From contig NC_068988.1 in the NCBI RefSeq assembly GCF_001194135.2, positions 84,955,983 to 84,998,343 of the forward strand: a DNA stretch of 42,361 nucleotides, in the 5' to 3' direction. A model generated the notes under the pieces. That model was not told the origin of the DNA, made no database searches, and worked only from the letters and a program-made list of their open reading frames with translations. This stretch comes from Octopus bimaculoides. Lineage: Eukaryota. Positions 12,741 through 21,603 of the stretch are shown here, in pieces. A program made the position numbers and the translations under genes. Position 1 is the stretch's first letter, and the number at the start of each line of letters is the position of its first letter.

Positions 12741-12936
12741 CTGATCAGAGGTTCCAGTGTGAACTTTGATGTCATTCTGAGCAGCGATGGCTTGCCTTAT
12801 ACCAACAGCCTCTTTGGTGACATGGGCTGCTCCAACTCTAGGATAGTGAGAAATGCAATAGATTTCTCTGTCTTCAGGATCAAACTGGTTTGACCAACAG
12901 TTTTTGGGGGTTAAATGATGACCACATGTAAAGCAT
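12741..12936 (-). CDS. Hil: Internal exon of a hillarin-like LIM-domain gene (C-terminal half of the LIM domain plus following motif)
   Basis: Polypyrimidine acceptor ttcttttttag before 12936 and donor CAG|GTGATA after 12741. 196 bp, phase 2 to phase 0. Translates (R)CFTCGHHLTPKNCWSNQFDPEDREIYCISHYPRVGAAHVTKEAVGIRQAIAAQ...SDQ: a C-x2-C-x22-C-x2-H LIM half followed by a VGIRQA motif that I recognise from Hillarin/LTD-1 proteins. Orthology not verified by search. Confidence 0.88.
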
Positions 12937-13590
12937 CTAAAAAAAGAATTAATAAAATTTGTAGAAATTAAGTCACCATTGTTGTAAAGTTTAATTATCA
13001 GTATTGATGGAACCAAAGTACAGACACACACAAACATTGTAATGAGACTATTTTCTACTGGTACTCTTCAGAGTACAAAGCCAGAATAATATCAGTACTA
13101 TAACAAATAGTAATATTCTACTTTGGAATTGAGCACTTCCCCTTGTTCGTAAATTCAGATGTGTATATATATATAAATACATACATTATACATATGTAGC
13201 TCATACAAGCACACATACATACAAGTAGTATACGTATATATATATATATATATNNNNNNNNNNAATGAACAGGAGTAGTGGGGGAGCATCATAGCTATGT
13301 GTTGAAAGGAATTCTTTCGTGTTTCACTAGTTCACCCCTAGAAACATGGGTGTTTTGTTCATCACTTTTAAACAACCTTTATTCAGGGACTTTTTGAGCA
13401 GGATTGGTTACTCAACCTGAAGAAAATTCTAACTGGGTCCCACCTGCAAGATCATGCATTGTTTATCTTGATATGAGGTTATCATGTTGCGCACATATGA
13501 TTGTGGTGCATGTGTCTGGTGTACCCTTGTCAGACATGTAGTCATGATGGATATATTGTCACTTTGATGGCAGTGTGCTGCTCTCACTCC

Positions 13591-13626
<36 letters not shown>

Positions 13627-13641
13627 ATAATAATAATAATA

Positions 13642-13858
13642 AAATATTCAGACAAATACATAACAAAAACACCAGGACTTACAAATATATATAACATACA
13701 GAAAATTGCACTACTGGGCACTGCACACATCCTATGCAAAATACTTTCGATACAGTAACCATAAGAACACCACAGCAAACCACAGCACATACCCAAGGCG
13801 CACAGAGCTGCGCTCGGTAGTGAAGTGAAAGCACGTTATAAAAATAAAACTACTGAAC

Positions 13859-13900
<42 letters not shown>

Positions 13901-13901
13901 T
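13642..13901 (+). mobile_element. R4/Dong-like 3' fragment with (AAT)n tail
   Basis: NIQKIALLGTAHILCKIL* terminus. Flanked 5' by (CTA)n(ATA)n and 3' by (AAT)n. Confidence 0.85.
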
Positions 13902-14698
13902 CNNNNNNNNNNNNNNNNNNNNNNNNNNNNNNNNNNNNNNNNNNNNNNNNNNNNNNNNNNNNNNNNNNNNNNNNNNNNNNNNNNNNNNNNNNNNNNNNNN
14001 NNNNNNNNNNNNNNNNNNNNNNNNNNNNNNNNNNNNNNNNNNNNNNNNNNNNNNNNNNNNNNNNNNNNNNNNNNNNNNNNNNNNNNNNNNNNNNNNNNNN
14101 NNNNNNNNNNNNNNNNNNNNNNNNNNNNNNNNNNNNNNNNNNNNNNNNNNNNNNNNNNNNNNNNNNNNNNNNNNNNNNNNNNNNNNNNNNNNNNNNNNNN
14201 NNNNNNNNNNNNNNNNNNNNNNNNNNNNNNNNNNNNNNNNNNNNNNNNNNNNNNNNNNNNNNNNNNNNNNNNNNNNNNNNNNNNNNNNNNNNNNNNNNNN
14301 NNNNNNNNNNNNNNNNNNNNNNNNNNNNNNNNNNNNNNNNNNNNNNNNNNNNNNNNNNNNNNNNNNNNNNNNNNNNNNNNNNNNNNNNNNNNNNNNNNNN
14401 NNNNNNNNNNNNNNNNNNNNNNNNNNNNNNNNNNNNNNNNNNNNNNNNNNNNNNNNNNNNNNNNNNNNNNNNNNNNNNNNNNNNNNNNNNNNNNNNNNNN
14501 NNNNNNNNNNNNNNNNNNNNNNNNNNNNNNNNNNNNNNNNNNNNNNNNNNNNNNNNNNNNNNNNNNNNNNNNNNNNNNNNNNNNNNNNNNNNNNNNNNNN
14601 NNNNNNNNNNNNNNNNNNNNNNNNNNNNNNNNNNNNNNNNNNNNNNNNNNNNNNNNNNNNNNNNNNNNNNNNNNNNNNNNNNNNNNNNNNNNNNNNNN

Positions 14699-14740
<42 letters not shown>

Positions 14741-14743
<3 letters not shown>

Positions 14744-16148
14744 AAGTGGTGAAATGATGAAGGTAAATAAACCTGAATCTTAATATAAATACCTGAGAAT
14801 ACTTGAGGCAGATGGAATTAAGCACAATATAAAAGAAAAGACAAAAAAAAGAGTACCTACAGCGAGTGATAAAAATATTGGCTTTGAAGCTGAATGCCAG
14901 AAACATAAATTTGGCAACAGACTTGTGTGCAGTAGCAGTAATTCGATATGGCACTGGAGTTATGAAGAAGGTGGAGGGTGAGTTAAAAGAGTTGGACAGG
15001 AAGACAAGAAAGCTCCTAACAATGCATGGAGCCTATCATCTCCATGCAGACAATGATTGCCTATACATGAAGAGAGTAAATGGAAGAAGGAAACTGATAA
15101 GTGTTGAATACTGCATATATATCAAACTTGGGAGCTTACTGAGATACCTATCCTGAAATAAGGAGACCTTGCTAGTGTCAGTTAGGAATGAGGGCATATT
15201 GAAAGTAGAAAAAAGGGGAAAGCAAAACAAGAAGTACAAAAAAGGACATGAAGAAGCATTGCACAACAAGGGACTACACAATCAATTCAATATAGCCGCA
15301 ACTGAAGTTACTGGAAAACATAGGTGGGACTGGCCGAAGAAAAGAGCACTGAAAAAAGAGACTGAGAGCACAATACTGGCAGTGCAAGACCAAGCTTTGT
15401 CCACAAACTGGAGGATAAACCAGTTTATCCTCCAAACTGGAGGGTCAACCTTAGGAGTGAGCAAGTGTCTCCAATGTGCCACATCTGTAATAGAGTGGAT
15501 TAAACCATCACTCATATCATGAAGAAATGTCTTAGACTTGGTCAAACCCCATTACAAGGTGTTATAACATGATGAGGTAGCAAAAGTGGTACATTGGCAA
15601 CTATGCAAAAAGTGGGGTCTGGAGGGAAGCAAGACATGGTACAAACACAAACTGCAGAGTGACAGAATTGGAGACCTGCAAAATCCTGTGAGATTTCCCA
15701 ATCCAAACAAATCAGATGCTAGAGCATAACAAACTAGTGGTAGTGGACAAGGTGCATCACATGTGCTATATAAGTGATGTTGCGTGCCCCTTTGATCCAC
15801 AAATAGTCGAGAAGGAAGGTGAAAATATGGACATGTATAATCCTCTTAAGTACGAAATAGCCTAGCTATGGAAAATGAAGAAGGAAAGATAGTGTCAATT
15901 ATTGTTGAGGACACTGTCCTTGGGGACAGTATCAGAAGGCATCAGAGGAATAAAAAGGAAATCAGAATAGAACACATCAGTAGAACTGTTACAAAAGGTT
16001 TGCCTCCTTGGTACGGCCAGAATAATCAGGAAAAAAAATGAGAAAGTTGAAAAGAACATAGTGTGATACCATATGCTGTAGGTAGCAAGCCAGCTACATA
16101 TGCAAGACTACAGGAGTTCCAACAAAACCGGAGTTACAAAGAAAAAAT
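14741..16148 (+). mobile_element. R4/Dong-like RLE non-LTR retrotransposon, 5'-truncated and decayed
   Basis: RT C-terminus (AVAVIRYG, ELDRKTRKLLTMHGA), QDQAL motif, VVHWQLC, RLE region (DVACPFD...KYEIA) and LQKVCLLGTARII terminus. Confidence 0.92.
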
Positions 16149-16177
16149 ATATTATTATTGTAATTATTATTACAATT

Positions 16178-16372
16178 AAGACAGTGAGCTTGCAGAATTG
16201 TTAGCATACTCGACAAAATGCTTAGTGGCATCTTTACAGACAAAATCCACCAAGGTCAACTTTGCCTTTAATTTTTTTGAGGTTGATGAAACATACATCA
16301 GTCAAGTTATGGGGTTGCTGTCATTGACTAACCTCCTCCCCCAACTTTCAGACCTTGTGCCAAAATAAGAAA
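16178..16372 (+). mobile_element. Older copy of the same SINE family
   Basis: GACAGTGAGCTTGCAGAATTGTTAGC head and GTCAACTTTGCCTTT body. Confidence 0.75.
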
Positions 16373-16385
16373 GGATTATTGTTGT

Positions 16386-16812
16386 TATTATTATTATTAT
16401 TATTTCTTTTTATTGCAGGTTTTGTTGGAAATCCTGAAGTCTTGCAGCCTACAGTATCATGCTATCTTTTCAACTATCTAATATTTTCCTGATTATTCTG
16501 GCTGTGCCAAGGAGGCAGACCTTTTGTAACAGTTCTACTGGGCACTCTATTGCAATTTCCTTTATATTCCTCTTGATGCCTTCTGATACTGTTCCCAAGG
16601 ACCCAGCAATAATTGGCACTATCTTCACCGCCTTCATTTTCCATAGCTGAGCTATTTTGTACTAAGAGGGTTGTATTTATCTATTTTTTCACCTTCCTTC
16701 TTGACTATTTGTGGGTCAAAGGGGCACACAACATCAGCTATATAGCATATGTGGTGCATCTTGTCAACCACCACTAGGTCCGGTCTGTTATACTCTAGCA
16801 CCTGCTCTTGGG
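16386..16812 (-). mobile_element. R4/Dong-like 3' fragment, inverted relative to 14741-16148
   Basis: Its reverse complement aligns with about 15718-16148. (AAT)n tail at 16386-16403. Confidence 0.9.
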
Positions 16813-17460
16813 ATTATTATTATTATTGTTATTTACTTTTAATCTGCATGTTTGTTATAATCTCTTGCCAAGATACACCCAATGTCCAAGGGTGAGTGAA
16901 AGATAAGAGGTGTTATAGTATGACTGAAAGCTTGGGGAAGGGAAGTGGCAGGGACAGTAGCGAAATACAACACAGACATTTAAATTGATAGAGTTTTTCT
17001 GAGGATGTGGGCAGTACTTTTCAGCACAATCTTTTGGATTTCTCTAAGACATGGTTCTCCTGGGATGTGGCCTAGATGTTTCTTACATTTTTTTTTTATC
17101 ATACCTACGACACCTTCAATATTAGCAACAGTTCTTGCTTTAAGATGCTACATATTTTGTATTTCAACTTGCAGGTCTTTATATTTACTTATTTTGTCAA
17201 ATTCCTTTACAGATATATTTTTATCAGTGGGAACACTTACATCTATTGGTTTATAAGTATTTTCTTTCCTGACTTTAATAATTATGTCTGGTAAATTAGC
17301 CTGGATCATTCTGTTGGTGTTCACTAGAAAATCCCAGAGGATAGTGATATTTTTACCTTCAACAACTGGCTCAGTATGATGTTCATACCAGTAAGCAGGA
17401 GTGCCAATTTGGTAGAGTTTACATATTTTCCAGTGTAAATACTGTCCTACCCTATCGTGG
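16813..17460 (-). mobile_element. R4/Dong-like 3' fragment (different subfamily)
   Basis: Minus strand reads HDRVGQYLHWKICK...ILWDF...NLPDIII...DVSVPTD...KYKDL...IQKIVLKSTAHILRKTL, with an (AAT)n tail at 16813-16830. Confidence 0.9.
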
Positions 17461-17632
17461 TTTGTGATGGCACCAGTACCAGTAACTCACTAAGAGCACT
17501 GTCTGAGAAGGCTTTGGTTGGCCTGAGTCTATAGCAGAACCTGTGCAAGGTACCACACAGTGTGACTGAACTCAGAACCATGCATTTGGGAAGCAAGCTT
17601 CTTATCACACAGCCACACCTGCACCTGTGTGT

Positions 17633-18105
17633 GTATGTAATTAACAAGAGAGACAGAAGATGGACAATATAAGAATCTTTATTGATCATTACAATTGTTT
17701 TGACCCATCTAGCAATGATCCCTTGCAGGTGGGCTACTATACAACTGGTTTAGGTGTCTCCCTCAGTGTAGATGTTTCTCCTCAGGTGATTTCAAGTAGT
17801 ATCTCATTAAAATAAGCTGTTTCACTGGATTTCTTCTTGGTCTTTGTATATAGAGATGGCAAATTAAGGGATACAACTTCATTCTTAAAGAAGATCCATA
17901 ACAAAGATCAGATACAAAGAGAAACAAATACACAATACAGCTCATTTGTATGAGCGAGTGTATGTGCACCAGACCACATATGCATGGGCATTTGTACATT
18001 CATACCTACTAAAGATTATATCTGATACTTTTTTTACTGAGTCAAAACAATTGTAGTGATCAATAAAGATTCTCGTATCTTCCATCTCTCTCATTAATTA
18101 TATAC
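17633..18105. mobile_element. Element with ~70-bp outward-facing inverted arms carrying hammerhead 3' halves (probable Penelope-like pLTR derivative)
   Basis: 17633-17704 is the reverse complement of 18041-18105 (GTCAAAACAATTGTA(G/A)TGATCAATAAAGATTCT, 1 mismatch in the first 33 nt). AATAAA follows the hammerhead end in both arms. Confidence 0.6.
17685..17790 (-). ncRNA. Decayed type-I hammerhead ribozyme of the same architecture
   Basis: On the minus strand: ATCAC-CTGAGGA-GAAACATCTA...TAGATGGGTC-AAAA-C-AATT-G-TA-ATGAT. GAAA has become AAAA (CpG-type change). The stem I 3' strand GTGAT is intact in the inverted copy at 18056-18060. Confidence 0.6.
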
Positions 18106-18178
18106 CCAACAAACACTGAGCTAGTGAAGGTGCTTTACCAGCAAACAACTAGGTCTATACCACATGATTTATTAACTA

Positions 18179-18298
18179 ATATGTATGTATGTAATTGTTC
18201 AGTTTTATTTCAAGATTTCTTGCCAAGAGAGAAAGAGCCGGTTTCTAACCTAGATCCAAGGTTCCTTCATTGGAATTCCAGCATCAACAACAGAGTAT
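18179..18298 (-). mobile_element. Short 3' terminus of a related (ACAT)n-tailed RLE element
   Basis: GGAACCTTGGATCTAGGTTAGAAACCGGCTCT parallels GGAGCCTTGTATCTTTGTTGGAAACTGACTCC in the upstream copy; same (ACAT)n tail. Confidence 0.7.
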
Positions 18299-18511
18299 TT
18301 TTGTTTGTTTGTTTGTTTGTTTGTTTGTATGCATGTATGTACGTATGTATGTATGTATGTATGTATGTATGTATGTATGCATGCATGCATGTATGCATGC
18401 ATGTATGTATGCATGCATGTATGTATGCATGTATGTATGCATGCATATATGTATGCATGCATATATGTATGCATGCATGTATGTATGCATGTATGTATAT
18501 ATGTATGTATG
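18298..18511. repeat. (TTTG)n followed by an (ATGT/ATGC)n alternating purine-pyrimidine tract
   Basis: Direct reading. Confidence 0.95.
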
Positions 18512-19528
18512 TCTTCTATATTTTAATTATTATAAATCTTCCACTGAGGACGGAGTCAGTTTCCAACAAAGATACAAGGCTCCATCTTCAGGATGTAGTT
18601 AACACAGACAAATTCACATTTGAAACTTGAGAAAAGTCTTGCATATTCTTACTGTTCCACTCACAGATTGCACTTGTAATGTACGAATTAGCTGGTTGAT
18701 TTCTCTTTCTGAAAATCTCAGCTTATACAAATTCTCCTTTAAGTATTTACTAACAAAACCTAGAGCTCTAATTTATTATTGGTGTGAATATGAATTCATA
18801 GTCTGGATATAGAAGCTAGAGGTTTCAAAGCAGTTGTCCATAGACATCCTCTTTTTCTTTGATTTTCAAAGAGATATTTATATCTGCAGGACAGATGTAT
18901 ATGTGCAGATTTGTATGTTTTGTTTTATGTACGATGTATTCTCATGCATATAGTTGCATATCTAGACTTGCTCATATATATTTAGATGATAAACTTCTGG
19001 AAAGTTTTACAGATTTTTACAGTTCCAGTGATGGATTGAATCTGTAGTCTTTGAATTAGCTTTCTCCTTTCTGGTTTTGAGTATCCTAATTTCTCAAAAT
19101 TGGTATTTAGGCAGTGTGCTACATATCTCAGGGCCCCAATAATTACAGGTACAAGCCTGAACTTGTAATCTGGATAGAGTAACTGCCGATTTCTCAATAG
19201 TTCAGCATAGGTGTTCTCTTTTACACTGATCTACAGCTTTATGCTAACATCTGCTGGGCAGCTAATTTCCAAAAACTGCACACAGTTTCTCTTTTCTATC
19301 CCAAATCATTATATCAGGTCTGTTGTGCTTACATTTTAACAAGGTCTTCACTGGAACATTCCACCTGTACTCCTTTTTATTAGAGTGGCTATAGTTTGTA
19401 CCATACTGTGGGTTCTTATTGTTTTGTCCTCAGGGTTCATTATAAAGTGTCCTAGCAACAACATCATGTCTAATCGGTAGATAATACTGAGATGATATTT
19501 TCGGACAACTGCTTATGATGTGGATGAT
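18512..19528 (-). mobile_element. RLE non-LTR retrotransposon 3' portion with (ACAT)n tail
   Basis: Minus strand reads HIISSC...RHDVVAR...KHNRPDIMIWD...EISCPAD...VPVIIGAL...ICKTFQKFII* (stop at 18982), then a 3' UTR ending in (ACAT)n. Confidence 0.88.
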
Positions 19529-20017
19529 ATGTATGCATGTATGCATGCATGTATGTATGTGTATACACACACACACACACACACACATACACATATGTAC
19601 ACAAACAGACATAGATACATGTATACACATACCCTCACACAACTGTATACATAAATACTAAATGAAATTAGACCAGCATTCCCAAGAATTTACACCAAAT
19701 CTAATTGTCAATGATCAGACTGTCTGACAGATGGCTTTTTTTATATTTGCTTTGTTTACAGAGACAAAACAATAACATAAATAAAAAAAAAAAAAAAAAA
19801 GATTAAAACAGTGTCTTGTTTGCCAAGAAAAAACCTGAACAAAATCAAGAAAACAAACAGAAAAGGGGAAGAAAATGGAGAAGAAATATTAAGACAATAA
19901 CAGTTTATGTAAATATTCTACTGCATTTTTACAGCAGCACCATGGACATGTGTTGTTTTGTGTAAGTGGGGAGAGAGAGAGAGAGAGAGAGAGTTTTGTG
20001 AGAATGAGTATGCATGA

Positions 20018-20058
<41 letters not shown>

Positions 20059-20226
20059 CAAGAGAATGTGTGTGTGTTAATGAGTATGTGATAGAAGTGA
20101 GTACATGTGTATCAATGTGTATGTGTATGTCGGTTTATATGCGTGCGTGAATGTGTATGTATGTGTATGTCAATCTCTATATATATGTTAATGTGTATGT
20201 GTGTGAATGTGTATGAGTGTGTCAAT

Positions 20227-20264
<38 letters not shown>

Positions 20265-20589
20265 AGTCTCTCTCTGCTCTTTCTAGTTTGATCGTTTATT
20301 TACCTTACTCCGTTAAGAAGTGAAACCATTCAACAATAACAACCATTTCAGTCTAATCTTCTGTCAACTGTTTTGTTTCCAAATACAAAGGCAAAACAAA
20401 ATTAAAGAAAAATTAAACTGAAAAAAGTCATAGAAATATAAAAAGGAAAAAATCACAAAGAACAAATGAAGGAAAACATTGGTCTGATCAAGAACAATTG
20501 TTTTTGCATTAGACAAGCCTGTATTTATTCAAGGAGAACAAAGATGGCTAGCTCTGAGCAGACTTGAAGATGTTTTGTTAAATTACCAG

Positions 20590-20965
20590 GCTGCTCACTG
20601 TTTGGAGTTGGTGGAAAAGTACAAGATGAATCAGCTGTGGTGTGCAAGAGAGATGGCTACACTGCTATAAACATGTAATGCACACAGAAGATGAGAGGTA
20701 AGGGAAGACATGCCAGAAGATATGGGAAGAAAACAATGGAAGTGGTAGAGCAAGGAAGACATGGGTCGAAGGGATAAAGTGAAGAGCTATCTTGGCGGGA
20801 GTGGAGGGACCTCACAAAGGAGATGGTAAAGAACATAGAATCTGACCACTTGTAGAATACTGTGTTGATAAAGACTCATCCGACCTGTGCAAATATGAAA
20901 AACAAAATTTGAGGATGATGGTCTTTGTAGTGGTGGTGGTGGTGGTGGTGATGGTGATGATGATG
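20590..20965 (+). mobile_element. Old RTE 3' end remnant
   Basis: Decayed RRLRWYGHV / GRARKTW-like coding trace, ending in a GAT/GGT tail. Confidence 0.6.
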
Positions 20966-21104
20966 AAGGGCTGCATTTAGTTGTTCAGTCAAGTGAGATA
21001 CCTACTCATTAAAATCAACAGGGAAGTGGCTGAATATTTCACAGACATAGATACCATCAATTTAATTTTTCATGCTGAATTAACATGAATCAAAAATGTG
21101 TAAC

Positions 21105-21454
21105 TGTTGTATAGTGAAACTCTACACTCCTCCTGGTAAAATGTGGTAGTTGCCAGCCATTATAAACAGACCAGTAGCCAGTGAACAGAAGAAGGCGAGA
21201 AGATCAAGAGTATGTGTAGACTGTGTTGATAGTTGTGTCTGTGCTGATATAGTTATCATACTGTGACACTGAGTGGACGTTATAACGTTCCAACCTCTTG
21301 AAGATAATAACACTGTACAACTGAGGGTCATACAGTGCCAGATAGAACCATTCTATTGATGACTTCGTTAATATAACACTAGCTGTCATGCTGTCAGAGT
21401 GACAACCGTCATCAAAAGATAGATACAAAAGTGGTAAAAGGCCACTTTACAATA
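21105..21454 (+). repeat. 5' LTR (350 bp)
   Basis: Starts TGTTGTA, ends TACAATA. Direct repeat of 25562-25904, roughly 10-15% divergent by eye, with many CpG transitions. Confidence 0.93.
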
Positions 21455-21455
21455 G

Positions 21456-21467
21456 TGGCAATGAGGA
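21456..21467 (+). promoter_or_regulatory. Primer-binding site, probably tRNA-Ser(GCU)
   Basis: TGGCAATGAGGA, 1 nt after the 5' LTR. Equals TGGCGACGAGGA (complement of the 3' end of eukaryotic tRNA-Ser GCU) with two CpG transitions. Confidence 0.7.
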
Positions 21468-21603
21468 AAAACAAATTTACACGGGGGTAAAAAAAAAACA
21501 AGAAACATTCACATGGAGAGTTTAAACTACTTCACATGAAAAATTAAATACCTCTACAAAAAAGAAACAAAAATCTTGTGCAAACTTACAAAAACCGTAA
21601 AAT

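Noticed and set aside
18544-18591. CTGAAGA...GAAAC...GTC on the minus strand as a third hammerhead
   Set aside because: Stems I and II cannot form; better explained as the 3' stem-loop of the RLE element.
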